64,000 nt of DNA, taken from an uncultured Parcubacteria group bacterium. GTDB lineage: Bacteria; Patescibacteriota; Minisyncoccia; UBA6257; 2-01-FULL-56-20. Below, piece by piece: positions 39,427-49,682 of this stretch. Within the stretch, counting starts at the first letter, position 1. Every line of letters begins with the position of its first letter. Both the position numbers and the translations under genes were made by a program. A model generated the notes under the pieces. That model made no database searches, had not been told where the DNA came from, and saw nothing but the letters and a program-made list of their open reading frames with translations. The stretch is from contig CAJAQL010000029.1 of NCBI GenBank assembly GCA_903944135.1, forward strand, positions 1,487 to 65,486. The letters are read 5' to 3'.

Positions 39427-39918
39427 ATGAAAAAAATTCTTTTAGCCTATTTCTCACGCACCGGCAACACGCGTAGCGTCGCCACTCAAATTCAAAAGGT
39501 GACCGGCGGTGATATCTTTGAAATCAAACTTGTTGATCCATATCCCGATGATTATGATGAGGCCGTGAAACGGGCGGGTGAAGAATTGAAAACAAATTAT
39601 AAACCGGAGCTGAAAACGCGGATCGATAATATCAAGGATTATGACGTGATATTCATCGGTCATCCCATCTGGTGGAGCACGTTTCCTGCTCCGATCCGAT
39701 CATTCTTATCTGACTATGATCTCGCAGGGAAAACCATCATTCCATTTTGCACGCACGAAGGAAGCAAGTCGGGTAACAGTGTTGCGGACATCTCGAAATT
39801 GTGTCCGAGATCAACGATTTTGGAGGGTTTGGCGATACGGCATGGCGAAGACGCCAAAAAGTTGGAAAGCGAAATATCGGAGTGGTTGAGCAAGATCAAA
39901 GTCGAGAAACTGGCCTAA
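39427..39918 (+). CDS. Flavodoxin-like protein
   Basis: YFSRTGNT, GHPIWW, PFCTHEGS. Confidence 0.9.
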   Translation: MKKILLAYFSRTGNTRSVATQIQKVTGGDIFEIKLVDPYPDDYDEAVKRAGEELKTNYKPELKTRIDNIKDYDVIFIGHPIWWSTFPAPIRSFLSDYDLAGKTIIPFCTHEGSKSGNSVADISKLCPRSTILEGLAIRHGEDAKKLESEISEWLSKIKVEKLA

Positions 39919-39967
39919 TGTTTTAGTGCTGGAGTGAGTCGTTTGAATCCTGCTTTGCGCACTAAAT

Positions 39968-39995
39968 AAGAGGCTCCGATATCCTGGAGCCTCTT
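39968..39995 (+). terminator. Terminator after the MerR operon
   Basis: AAGAGGCTCC...GGAGCCTCTTT. Confidence 0.75.
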
Positions 39996-40417
39996 TGTGT
40001 TTTTTAGTTGTCGAATGTTATCCAACCCTTTCGATCGCCACTGCTATAGGAAGCACTGAACGATAGATTTTCAAGGAAATGGATGTAGCTACAATTCGAA
40101 CAGTGTCCGCTTATTCTCCAATTGTTTGCGAGCGAAGCGTTGTTATCGGGGGGATCGTTCAAGGCTTTTGATTCTGAGAGTGACGGGAAATGCGTCATTC
40201 GGGTTCAAATAGCCTAGCCGAATTCTCCTACCGTATCACTGAATGTAATCCTGAAGCGGAGAGAGATTTTCCTTGGGCGAGACCGGCCAATAAGAGATTC
40301 CATACGTCAAGAAAGATCGACAAGAATTGCTCAAAATTCGTCCACTTCTGCACAAAAAGCGAAATAGAAAAGCCCCGCGAACAGATTGGCGTAAGCCTTT
40401 CTATCCGTGGGGCCGGA

Positions 40418-41089
40418 TTACTTAATGTTCTTCTTTTTAGGCGCGATACTTGCCCGCAGAGCTTCGAATTCTTTGCGCTTTCCCTCGAGCTCACGACTCC
40501 TTTCGAACGGTGTGAACCGGTGAAACTCATCGGAAGAACTCACGCCACGATGCTCCTCGTCGAAGGCCTTTTCAAATGCCGCCCATGTCCTCCATTCTGC
40601 GGTGTCGGTCGCCGATGAATTCATCCATATTGGATAGATGTCAATCTTCTGGCCATTGACCACGACCGGATCGCCGGAATATGCTTCTCCGGAGCCACGG
40701 AAGGGAACCCAGTAATTCTGCTGAATGTACTCACCGTCATAGAGACCCTGAAATGTCGAAGGCATAAAAAGGCCGAGCCATCCGTCACCCTTCTCGTCAA
40801 AGACGATGAGGCGGTTGTATCGATTGCCGAAAGTGCGAGGCTCTCCCTTGGTAAAATTCGTTACTCTTGCAGGGATCTTGAGAAGATATCTCGTGCTCAG
40901 TTTGGGAAGGCTCGCAACACGTTCGTCTTCCTTCTTGATCGCCTCGATCGTCGCTCTTTTTTTCTTCCGGTCTTTGAGGGCAGGAATGATGAAGGTAACG
41001 ATGGTAATGCCAAGCACCAATCCGGCGATTATCGCCGCGAAATTTCCAGGCGTAAGGGTGAAATTGTCAAAGTTCATTTTTCTCTCCAT
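40418..41089 (-). CDS. Hypothetical single-TM protein
   Basis: TM helix FAAIIAGLVLGITIVTFII followed by a basic stretch; start at 41089 or 41077. Confidence 0.65.
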   Translation of the reverse strand: MERKMNFDNFTLTPGNFAAIIAGLVLGITIVTFIIPALKDRKKKRATIEAIKKEDERVASLPKLSTRYLLKIPARVTNFTKGEPRTFGNRYNRLIVFDEKGDGWLGLFMPSTFQGLYDGEYIQQNYWVPFRGSGEAYSGDPVVVNGQKIDIYPIWMNSSATDTAEWRTWAAFEKAFDEEHRGVSSSDEFHRFTPFERSRELEGKRKEFEALRASIAPKKKNIK

Positions 41090-41307
41090 AGAGATCCGGT
41101 TGCCGTAGCAGCCAGAGTACAGCAGATGCCAGCCGTAAGATTTAAGGCGTATGCCACTGGCTACTGAAGTGTTGTTATGGTAACACATAAACAGATGATC
41201 TGTCAAGCCGCCGATTACTCCTCTTCGATTCAAATAATTCGAATGTTGTATAAAAAATGCAGAGGTACTACATGGGAGGGCTTTTGCGGATATGCTATGA
41301 TCAAACA

Positions 41308-41922
41308 ATGGATAAAAATAAAAAAGGATTCTCAATGCTCGCGGTCATTGTGGTTTTGGTTATCGTATTGGTGCTTATAGCAGGAGTTTGGTATTACGAA
41401 ACACGCCAAACGACATCACCTCAATCATCCGGGATTCCACTCGGTGCCGTTGCGACAACGACAATTTCATCATCGACCGCCACATCTTCGGCTCCGGTCG
41501 GCCAGACGACTGCTTCAACCTCGGTGGTCTACCAAAACAGCCAGTACGGGTTCAATTTTCTTTTGCCTGCGGATTGGCAGGGATATTCCATCGTAAACAA
41601 GACGTGGAGCGGATCGGGCACTTCGGAACAGGGGATCATCGCGACCGGAACGGAACTTCTCGTCAGGAATCCGAACTGGACGACCGCCGATCGCTACGAA
41701 GATATTCCCGTCATGATTTTTACCCTGGCTCAATGGAATGCATATAACGCAGGAAACGGCACCTTCGAAGTTTCCGCCGCGCCGATCCCGGCTTCGGAGA
41801 TAGGGCGCAACAATCGGTATGTCTTTGCCATTCCTCCCCGATGGGATTTTGACTACAGCACGGGATATCAGGAGGCGGATGCTATCGTGAGCGGAAACCC
41901 GCTGAAGCCTTTCAACTTGTAG
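41308..41922 (+). CDS. Surface protein with prepilin-like N-terminus
   Basis: KKGFS+hydrophobic helix, Ser/Thr linker, YQNSQYGFNF.LP.DW. Confidence 0.75.
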   Translation: MDKNKKGFSMLAVIVVLVIVLVLIAGVWYYETRQTTSPQSSGIPLGAVATTTISSSTATSSAPVGQTTASTSVVYQNSQYGFNFLLPADWQGYSIVNKTWSGSGTSEQGIIATGTELLVRNPNWTTADRYEDIPVMIFTLAQWNAYNAGNGTFEVSAAPIPASEIGRNNRYVFAIPPRWDFDYSTGYQEADAIVSGNPLKPFNL

Positions 41923-41995
41923 CATTGCAAGCGAATGGCCATGGTTTGACAAAAGAGAGGCCAGGACATGTCACGCGAAGCATAGACGAAAGAAA

Positions 41996-42556
41996 TCACC
42001 GCATCTTCGACGGAAGCTTGATCGTCCTTCCTGCAACCATGAAAATACCGTTGCCCATATGATGGATGGTCCGCGGATTTTTCCTTGCGGGATCGATCCA
42101 TGCTTTCTGAACCTCAAGAACGAAGAAATTATATTTGTTCACCATGGCTGCGTCGACGACTTTGCATTCGAGATTGGCATAGCATTCCTTGATGAGCGGC
42201 GCTTGGACGCATGCAGCAGGCAGGGTTGTAAGGCCAAATTTTTTGAACTTATCAGTGCCGCCGCGACCGGAACTGTTTCCTACTTCAACGGTTTTTTTCG
42301 CGATCTCCACGGTCGGGATCGCGATGACGCATTCCTTGGTCTTTCTCAGGATTTCGAACGTATAATCCCGGTTGCTCACCACGCATCCGATGAGCGGTGG
42401 CTCGAAATCGAGCATGGTGTGCCACGACATCGTCATCACGTTCGCTTTGCCGTCGCGTGAGGTCGTGAGCATCACGACGGGGCCCGTTTCCAAAAGGCCA
42501 TAGACCTTCGATAGCGGAAACGATTTCATTTTTGTCAGTGGAAGCCGTCGTGCCAT
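41996..42556 (-). CDS. Flavin reductase-like family protein
   Basis: GPVVMLTT, NVMTMSWH, VGNSSG...DKF, APLIKECYANLECKV. Confidence 0.88.
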   Translation of the reverse strand: MARRLPLTKMKSFPLSKVYGLLETGPVVMLTTSRDGKANVMTMSWHTMLDFEPPLIGCVVSNRDYTFEILRKTKECVIAIPTVEIAKKTVEVGNSSGRGGTDKFKKFGLTTLPAACVQAPLIKECYANLECKVVDAAMVNKYNFFVLEVQKAWIDPARKNPRTIHHMGNGIFMVAGRTIKLPSKMR

Positions 42557-42644
42557 ATTTTCATGATATCATTTTTGTATAATAAAGGCGTTGGATTCCC
42601 GCTTGGGGCTTGTCGGCCTGGTTCGGCAACGCCGCGCCGCGTAT

Positions 42645-42672
42645 GTTACCTTATCTGGGGTTCTTCGTAATA
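42645..42672 (+). promoter_or_regulatory. Putative ECF-sigma promoter (autoregulatory)
   Basis: GTTACC-N15-CGTAATA; same motif and spacing at 44618. Confidence 0.6.
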
Positions 42673-42687
42673 TTCATCACGTGAGGC

Positions 42688-43251
42688 ATGCAGGAACAAA
42701 CTATTATCGCCCAGGTGAAAGCCGGAGACGCCGAAGGGTTCGGCGTGCTTTATGACGCCTATTTTGAAAAGATCTATAGCTATCTGTTTTATCGGATCCG
42801 TGACAAAGGAATCACGGAGGACCTCGTGAGCACCACTTTTTTCAAGGCGATCAGCGGATTGGATGGATTCGACGAGCGCAAGGGGAATTTTTCGGCGTGG
42901 CTGTACCGCATCGCGCGGAACTCGCTGTACGATCATTTCCGGACCCAAAAAATCACCTCTTCGATCGAGGCTGCGGAGACGGTGACTGACGGATCGGACG
43001 TCGAGGCTGCGGCGATCGGCCGTGAGCTTTCCGAAAAAGCCAGAAAGTTGCTCGAGGTATTGAATCCGGTTCAGCGCGAAATCGTGACGATGCGGGTTTG
43101 GGACGATATGAGCTACAAGGAGATCGCGGCGATAACCGGAAAGAGCGAGGCAAGTTGCAAGGTCGGTTTTCATCGGGCGATGGCGAAACTGAAAGAAGTG
43201 GCGCCGCTCGCCATTCTGCTGCTGGTCTTTTCCTGCACCATCTCATCGTAA
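42688..43251 (+). CDS. ECF sigma factor
   Basis: EDLVSTTF, FSAWLYRIARN, MSYKEIAAITGKS. Confidence 0.93.
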   Translation: MQEQTIIAQVKAGDAEGFGVLYDAYFEKIYSYLFYRIRDKGITEDLVSTTFFKAISGLDGFDERKGNFSAWLYRIARNSLYDHFRTQKITSSIEAAETVTDGSDVEAAAIGRELSEKARKLLEVLNPVQREIVTMRVWDDMSYKEIAAITGKSEASCKVGFHRAMAKLKEVAPLAILLLVFSCTISS

Positions 43252-43263
43252 TCATCACGCATC

Positions 43264-44616
43264 ATGAACGAAGAAAACATCAAGAAAATAGTTGAAGAAT
43301 TATGCGCGGCAGATGGGACGCTGCGGGGGAAGGAGCGGGAACTTACCGCTCTCGTCCGGGAACTTGTCATGAGACCCAGCATGAAGCCCGATCCCGATTT
43401 CGAGCGCGCCTTGCGGGTACAGCTGATCGCCGAGTTATCCCGAAGGAAGGTTGTCGATCGGGGCGTCGGACGTCTCGTTCCGCATTTCGGGAATTTCATT
43501 CTTTCGGGGATCGCTGTGATCGCAGTGGCGTTCGCTGCGTGGTTCGGCTTTTCCGCACTTCATCCGCAGAAGGAGAACAATAACGTCGTTGCCCTGCTTC
43601 CGGCCGTGACGATCACAAGAGTCGGTGATCATGCCTTCGGAACGATTGCCATCGCGCCTTCCCCGCATCCGGTTTCTGTCCCGAAAGCCGAGAATGTCCA
43701 GGTTCTCATGCAATCGATTGCGGGACCTGCCGCTCCGTCGACGGAGGAGCCCAGCGCCACCTCGTCGGAAAAAATGAATGCGAGAATGCAAATCATGAGC
43801 TTATCTCCGACGTCTACTGCGCCTTCATCGCCGCTTCCGGCCGCGATCGGCTATGTCTATCGAGGAGAGGCATTTTCCCAGAGCGATGCCACGGTTGATG
43901 TTCTTAAGAGGACGACCGGCGCGTTCTCGCTGGGTGGTGTCGCTGCGATCTTGGAAAAGGCGGGTTTCGGCTATGCCGGCACGTCTTCTTTCGGCAATGC
44001 GGCGGTTACCAATTTAACCTTCGTGCAGGACGAGGGTTTCGGCTATTCGGTGACAGTCGATCTTTTGGGTGGGGATGTTTCCATTGATCCCGCTCCCGGC
44101 CGGTGGCCATCAGCCGGGAACGCCGTATCGGAATCGCTTTCGTCGAGTTCCACACTGAGCATTGCAAATCAATTTTTGGAGGATCACGGGATCAATGCGG
44201 CAGGCTACGGCAAGGCGGAAGTGCTTAGCAATGGTGGTGCGGTAAGCGTGTTCTATCCGGAAGTCGTGAACGGCAGGGAGGTCTATACAATGGATGGCGA
44301 AAAAATCGGACTTACAGTGGAGGTGGATGCGCAATATGGGCGCGTGAAGAGCGTTCATGGATTGAGCGTGCAGAATTATGAAGCCTCTTCATATGGCGCG
44401 ATCGTCGATACGGCCAAGATCATTTCTCTTGCGGAACAGGAAGCGGGAAGCGCAGTCGCACCGGCGGGAACAGGGATCCGGGAATTAGGGTTGGGAACGC
44501 CGATTCGGGTGTATGTCGATGAGGGTAAGGGGTTGCTCGTGCCGGCTTTCGCGTTCCCGATTCAGGGTCAGGGTTCAGCTGCGCCAAGCATCATTGTGCC
44601 GTTGGTGGAGGACTGA
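43264..44616 (+). CDS. Single-TM protein, candidate anti-sigma factor
   Basis: Directly after the ECF sigma; short cytoplasmic PDPDF..LR domain, TM helix, large external domain. Confidence 0.6.
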   Translation: MNEENIKKIVEELCAADGTLRGKERELTALVRELVMRPSMKPDPDFERALRVQLIAELSRRKVVDRGVGRLVPHFGNFILSGIAVIAVAFAAWFGFSALHPQKENNNVVALLPAVTITRVGDHAFGTIAIAPSPHPVSVPKAENVQVLMQSIAGPAAPSTEEPSATSSEKMNARMQIMSLSPTSTAPSSPLPAAIGYVYRGEAFSQSDATVDVLKRTTGAFSLGGVAAILEKAGFGYAGTSSFGNAAVTNLTFVQDEGFGYSVTVDLLGGDVSIDPAPGRWPSAGNAVSESLSSSSTLSIANQFLEDHGINAAGYGKAEVLSNGGAVSVFYPEVVNGREVYTMDGEKIGLTVEVDAQYGRVKSVHGLSVQNYEASSYGAIVDTAKIISLAEQEAGSAVAPAGTGIRELGLGTPIRVYVDEGKGLLVPAFAFPIQGQGSAAPSIIVPLVED

Positions 44617-44617
44617 C

Positions 44618-44645
44618 GTTACCTTTTTTCCGCACTATCGTAGTA
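44618..44645 (+). promoter_or_regulatory. Putative ECF-sigma promoter
   Basis: GTTACC-N15-CGTAGTA. Confidence 0.6.
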
Positions 44646-44693
44646 CATGGGACAGGGCAGGGAAGTCCTGATAATAAATAAAAGGATCCAATC

Positions 44694-45530
44694 ATGAATC
44701 AAAAATTAAAGAACATTTTGGGGATTGTGGTGGGAGTCGTGGTGCTCACGCTTGGCTATGCAGCCGTCAGTTATGCCGTTTCGTACGGGAAGTCGATACC
44801 GCCGTCATCGTTCAGGAGCTTTTCGGTGTCCGGGGAGGGCAAGGCGACGGCGGTTCCCGATGTCGCCGAGTTCAGCTTCGAGGTTACCACGGAGGGCGGC
44901 AATGGCATCGCGGCATTGCAGGCGGCGAACACCGACGCCGTGAATAAGGCGATCGCGTTCGTGAAATCGGATGGCATTGCCGATAAAGATATCAAGACCG
45001 AATCGTATGATATCGAACCGCGTTATCAGACCTATAATTGCAGTCCCGTCCCCGTGGTTTATCATGAGCCGATGATGCCGGTCGGCGATGTTGTATCCTC
45101 TGTGTCTTCGGAACCCACGGTCTGCCCGCCGGCTTCGATCGTCGGCTACACCGTTACCCAGTCCGTCGACGTCAAGATCCGCGATTTCAGCAAGATCGGC
45201 GATATCATGAATGGGGTCGTGAAGAACGGGGCGAACAGTGTCAGTTCATTGAACTTTACGCTCGACGATCCGACAGCGGTTCAAAACGAGGCGCGTGCCG
45301 ATGCGATAACGAAAGCCAAGGCGCAGGCACAGGCCGTTGCGCAGGAGTCCGGGTTTAAGATCGGACGCCTGCTCTCCGTGCAGGAAGACGATGGCAATCA
45401 ATCGGTTATGTACAATTTGGCGCAAAGCTCCGTAGCGATGAAAACCTCCGAGGCTGCCGCTGCGCCCGTCATTCAGCCCGGCTCGCAGGAAGTGGGCATC
45501 ACGATGACCTTGCAGTACGAGATCGATTAG
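44694..45530 (+). CDS. SIMPL/DUF541 domain protein
   Basis: SVSGEGK...PDVA, DIKTESY.I.P.Y, IQPGSQEV. Confidence 0.88.
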   Translation: MNQKLKNILGIVVGVVVLTLGYAAVSYAVSYGKSIPPSSFRSFSVSGEGKATAVPDVAEFSFEVTTEGGNGIAALQAANTDAVNKAIAFVKSDGIADKDIKTESYDIEPRYQTYNCSPVPVVYHEPMMPVGDVVSSVSSEPTVCPPASIVGYTVTQSVDVKIRDFSKIGDIMNGVVKNGANSVSSLNFTLDDPTAVQNEARADAITKAKAQAQAVAQESGFKIGRLLSVQEDDGNQSVMYNLAQSSVAMKTSEAAAAPVIQPGSQEVGITMTLQYEID

Positions 45531-45627
45531 GAAAATAAAACTTTTTTGCGCTCCGCTATTCATGCATGTTCGATCCATTATTTTGAAGGTTTCCCGCGCC
45601 GAGTTGCTTTTGTGGTAAAATAAAAAA

Positions 45628-45975
45628 ATGGATAATAAAACAGTTGAACATGCGATGGTGACGACGGCATTCGAGTTGGATGATTATCGCATTGTAAAAA
45701 ATCTGGGGATTGCACGCGGCATCATTGTCCGTTCACGCAACATTTTCGGCTCTATCGGCGCAGGATTGCAGACCCTGGTTGGAGGTAATATTTCTCTTTT
45801 CACCAAACTGTGCGAAAAGACACGCGAGGATGCATTCGACCTCATGCTCGAGCATGCGGGAGAGATGGGTGCAAATGCCGTGATCGGCGCCCGTTATGAT
45901 GCGACCGAGATCACGCGCGGGGTTACCGAGGTGCTTGCTTATGGCACCGCGGTCATTGTGGAGCCGAAAAAATAA
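45628..45975 (+). CDS. YbjQ/UPF0145 family protein
   Basis: [20 protein letters not shown]. Confidence 0.92.
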   Translation: MDNKTVEHAMVTTAFELDDYRIVKNLGIARGIIVRSRNIFGSIGAGLQTLVGGNISLFTKLCEKTREDAFDLMLEHAGEMGANAVIGARYDATEITRGVTEVLAYGTAVIVEPKK

Positions 45976-45994
45976 AAAAATTTAATAATAAAAT

Positions 45995-47101
45995 ATGATC
46001 AAAAGATCCGTGTTTGCTCTAGCGAGTGCGGTGATGCTCGCGATTCCTCTTTTTTCTTCGGCCGTAGTCATGAATAGCGGCGTGTCTGCGGCAGTGAGTC
46101 CGTCGGTCGTCAGTTCCTCAACTCCGCGCATCCTGATAGGCGACAACAAACCACCGACAGCGATTGCTCCGTGGTGCGTGGATTACACCGAGAACCTCGG
46201 CATCGGAAGCCGTGGCGATGATGTGCTGGCGCTTCAAAAAGAGCTGACGCTTGATGGCGAAACGGTGCCGGCAACGGGATATTTCGGATCTATGACGTCT
46301 GCCGCCGTCACAGTATTCCAGGAAAAGAATGCGGCTGATGTTTTGGCGCCGCTTGGTCTTTCGCGGGGTACCGGATATTTCGGCTCTTCCACCAAGGCGA
46401 TGCTGAATTCTCTCGGAGAATCCCATTGTACTGTTCCGAACGGAGGTAATAGCAGCAGCACGCAGACAACGCAGAGTTTTTCAGCCGATCCGCAATCCGG
46501 CAGTGAGCCTCTCACTGTGCAATTCGTTGCGACCGCGCCGCAGGGAAGTGCCCTCGGGAACGCAGTTAATTTTGGTGATGGTACGACGGGGAATCTTGGT
46601 GTCGTACCGGTTTGCTCAAGCTGCAACGCGGAAGGCATGGTTTCGCATACCTATGTTGCCACAGGCACCTACACGGCAAGTCTCACGAGCGGCACCTGCA
46701 GTTGTCCGGCGAATGGCGTTTGCAGTTGCCCCGCTATCCTTATCCTCGCGACGACGACGGTGGTCGTCGGCCCGGCGGGCACCATGGCTACTTCAAGCAT
46801 CCAGCAATTGAATGCGCCCGGAAGCGTGACGCTGAACGTGGGCGGCATCGGGGAGATCCGCAATAAAAGCGCCTATATCACCCTGCAAAACATCGCATCA
46901 TCAACGGCAACGATCCAGATCACCCCGGTTGGTTGCTGGAATTCGTTCCCGTCCGATCCCAAACCGAAGATCGTCTGCATGCTTGCGCAGATCCCGATTC
47001 CGCCCCAGACTCTTGCGGTCGGCCAGGCATATGATTCCGCCAATTATTCCATTACGCTTACGCAGCTCAATAGTAGTACGGCGACGTTTGACGTGCAGTA
47101 G
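45995..47101 (+). CDS. Secreted protein with peptidoglycan-binding and PKD-like domains
   Basis: GSRGDDVLALQKEL, TGYFGSMT..AV..FQ, NFGDG, SHTY..GTY. Confidence 0.8.
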   Translation: MIKRSVFALASAVMLAIPLFSSAVVMNSGVSAAVSPSVVSSSTPRILIGDNKPPTAIAPWCVDYTENLGIGSRGDDVLALQKELTLDGETVPATGYFGSMTSAAVTVFQEKNAADVLAPLGLSRGTGYFGSSTKAMLNSLGESHCTVPNGGNSSSTQTTQSFSADPQSGSEPLTVQFVATAPQGSALGNAVNFGDGTTGNLGVVPVCSSCNAEGMVSHTYVATGTYTASLTSGTCSCPANGVCSCPAILILATTTVVVGPAGTMATSSIQQLNAPGSVTLNVGGIGEIRNKSAYITLQNIASSTATIQITPVGCWNSFPSDPKPKIVCMLAQIPIPPQTLAVGQAYDSANYSITLTQLNSSTATFDVQ

Positions 47102-47256
47102 CGAAGGCCCGTCCTATGATTGTCCGTACAAGACGCAGGATGCCGCTTTATTAAAGAGAACCTTATCGCTTCGAGCATATCGGAACTTTTATTTGAAAAC
47201 CGCCTTTTTATTGTGGGTTTTCTCTGATAAGATAACTGAACAAGTGCAATAAGGTC

Positions 47257-48228
47257 ATGCCCCTCATAGAAATAAAAAATCTGACAAAAAAATTCGACGA
47301 CTTTACGGCCGTGGATGATTTGTCTTTAGAGATAAACGAAGGGGAGATTTTCGGGCTTTTGGGTCCGAATGGTGCGGGAAAGACAACTACGCTTTCGATG
47401 CTGGCCACGCTTTTGCCACCAACCAGCGGGAATGCGGTGATCAACGGTTTTGACGTCGCAAAACATCCGACGCAGGTTCGACGCTCCATAGGATTTGTTT
47501 TCCAAGACCCAAGCTCGGACGACCTTCTGACGGGGAGGGAGAACCTTTATCTTCATGCTTTGATGTATGGAGTTAAAGACAGCGAGATAGACAAAAAAAT
47601 TGATGAAGGGCTGAAATTGGTTGATTTGACCGACAAGCAGAACATAAGAATGAGGAAATATTCGGGCGGCATGCGAAGGAGGCTTGAACTTGCCCGGGGT
47701 TTTCTGCATAGTCCCAAAATATTGTTCTTGGATGAGCCGACCTTGGGGCTCGATCCCCAGACGAGGGAAAATCTTTGGGAATACATCAAAAGATTATCAA
47801 CGGAAAATAAAATAACCATTATTTTAACCACGCATTATATGGAAGAGGCGGATGAGCTTTGTGACAGGATCGCGATCATCGATCATGGCAAGCTGGTCGC
47901 ATTAGATACTCCGGTTAATTTCAAGAAAAGTCTCGGAGGAGATTTGGTTACGATAAAAACGAAAAAACCGGACTTACCCGAGATACAGAAAATGGATTAC
48001 GTCAAACATGTGCAATATAAAGGTGATGTGCTGAGTTTGACCGTAAACGATGCCGGTTCTCATTTGCAGAAAATTCTTGAGAACGTCGGCGAGGCGGAAA
48101 ATGTCGAGCTCCATTCTCCGACATTGCAGGATGTATTTTTGAAACTGACCGGCAGGCAAATAAGGGAGGGCTCGGACGAAGGTGAGGGCGGCTGGATGAC
48201 CAGGACCATGCATTCAGAAAGCAGATAA
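47257..48228 (+). CDS. ABC ATPase, DrrA-like
   Basis: GPNGAGKTT, YSGGMRRRLE, LDEPTLGLDP, TTHYMEEA, PTLQDVFLKLTG. Confidence 0.93.
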   Translation: MPLIEIKNLTKKFDDFTAVDDLSLEINEGEIFGLLGPNGAGKTTTLSMLATLLPPTSGNAVINGFDVAKHPTQVRRSIGFVFQDPSSDDLLTGRENLYLHALMYGVKDSEIDKKIDEGLKLVDLTDKQNIRMRKYSGGMRRRLELARGFLHSPKILFLDEPTLGLDPQTRENLWEYIKRLSTENKITIILTTHYMEEADELCDRIAIIDHGKLVALDTPVNFKKSLGGDLVTIKTKKPDLPEIQKMDYVKHVQYKGDVLSLTVNDAGSHLQKILENVGEAENVELHSPTLQDVFLKLTGRQIREGSDEGEGGWMTRTMHSESR

Positions 48229-48246
48229 TTGTTTTTTTTATAAAGC

Positions 48247-49020
48247 ATGTTAAACATAAATTCAGAACTAAAGGGGCTCTACGCGATCTGGTATCGGGAA
48301 CTCCTTGTTTTCATGAGAGAGCCGTCGAGACTGATCGGGGCGATCATCCAGCCGCTTTTATGGCTGGTCATTTTCGGGACCGGATTGGGATCGATAATCG
48401 AGCCGGGCGCCGTAAGCGGCACCAATTATCAGCAATTTTTATTTCCCGGAATTCTCGTGATGACCGTTCTTTTCGGCTCGTTATTTTTTGGATTGTATAT
48501 CATATTGGATAAGCGCATAGACTTTTTAAAAGAAGTCTTGGTCGCCCCATTGAATAAAAGCACGATGTTCTTCGGGAAAGCTTTGGGGGGTTCAACGGAC
48601 GGCTTGCTGCAAATAATCATCTTGATGATACTCGGCGCGATATTCTTCGGGATCCACTTCAGCCTCTTAACGATCATTTTAACTTTTGTCATTATCATCC
48701 TGCTTTTGATCGCGGTGACCAGCCTTGGACTCGCGATCGGTTCGATCATGGAAAGCCCGGAGGGATTCGGATTGATCTCAAGCTTCGTTATCTTCCCGTT
48801 GTTTTTCCTGAGCGGCGCGCTGTTTCCGGTCACCAATCTGCCGACCTGGTTGAGGGTCATCGTGACGATAAACCCGGTTTCTTATGCCGTTGACGCATTG
48901 AGGTCGGTTATTTTGGGTATAACAAGTTATGGTCTGCCGCTCGATTTTACGGTGTTGATCGCATTTACTGTTATAATGGTAATGGTCGGAACTTGGGCGT
49001 TCAAAAGGATAAAGCTCTAA
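48247..49020 (+). CDS. ABC-2 permease, DrrB-like
   Basis: FPGIL, FLKEVLVAP, FFLSGALFP, NPVSYAVDALR. Confidence 0.92.
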   Translation: MLNINSELKGLYAIWYRELLVFMREPSRLIGAIIQPLLWLVIFGTGLGSIIEPGAVSGTNYQQFLFPGILVMTVLFGSLFFGLYIILDKRIDFLKEVLVAPLNKSTMFFGKALGGSTDGLLQIIILMILGAIFFGIHFSLLTIILTFVIIILLLIAVTSLGLAIGSIMESPEGFGLISSFVIFPLFFLSGALFPVTNLPTWLRVIVTINPVSYAVDALRSVILGITSYGLPLDFTVLIAFTVIMVMVGTWAFKRIKL

Positions 49021-49025
49021 AAAAT

Positions 49026-49090
49026 GAATCTCCCTGGACTAAAGTCCTGGGTATCCGCAGGATACCCACGCAATGCGTCTCGGGAGATTC
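49026..49090. repeat. Multi-hairpin intergenic element
   Basis: Outer GAATCTCCC/GGGAGATTC enclosing three small hairpins. Confidence 0.55.
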
Positions 49091-49187
49091 TCCACCCTCC
49101 GCTTCGCTCCGGGCTTGGCTCATCCCTGTTGCCAAAGCGCAGGATGTTCGCCTAAGGTATAATAAATTTATCATTAATCAAAAAAAT

Positions 49188-49601
49188 ATGATGGGATTAA
49201 ATTATGTCGCGATAAGGGTCAACGATCTTGAAAAATCCTTGAAATTCTATACCGAGGATCTGGGTTTAAAGATCATCGAAAAGCGCAGTTATATGCCCGG
49301 GGAGCAAGTTATCAGTTTGCTTGATGAAGGAACCGGACAGAAATTGAACCTTATGTATTATGCGGAGGATTGCAAATTGTACACCCCATGGAAGATGGAC
49401 GGGGTCGAATTGGATCACTTGATGTTCGTGGTGAAAGACGCCAAGAAAACTTTTCAAGAGTTCGTACAAAAGGGAGCGCCGGTCGCCATGGAATTGATGG
49501 AAAGAAAGACTGATGACGGAGAATTTGCGATGGGGTTCGTTAAAGATCCAAATGGCATATGGATAGGCTTTAGAAGCCAATCCAACACCGGAAAGGAGTG
49601 A
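49188..49601 (+). CDS. VOC/glyoxalase family protein
   Basis: VAIRVNDLEKSLKFY..LG, DHLMF.V.D, FVKDPNG. Confidence 0.88.
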   Translation: MMGLNYVAIRVNDLEKSLKFYTEDLGLKIIEKRSYMPGEQVISLLDEGTGQKLNLMYYAEDCKLYTPWKMDGVELDHLMFVVKDAKKTFQEFVQKGAPVAMELMERKTDDGEFAMGFVKDPNGIWIGFRSQSNTGKE

Positions 49602-49682
49602 TTCCGCGGCGGATGCCATCCAGGGTTTTCCTTATAGCCATCGTTACGGTGTCGGGGGTTTGGTGGTATTATGGACACATCC

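Noticed and set aside
40004-40400. Short ORFs between flavodoxin and the TM hypothetical gene
   Set aside because: Conflicting short frames with no recognisable product; possibly a remnant but unsupported
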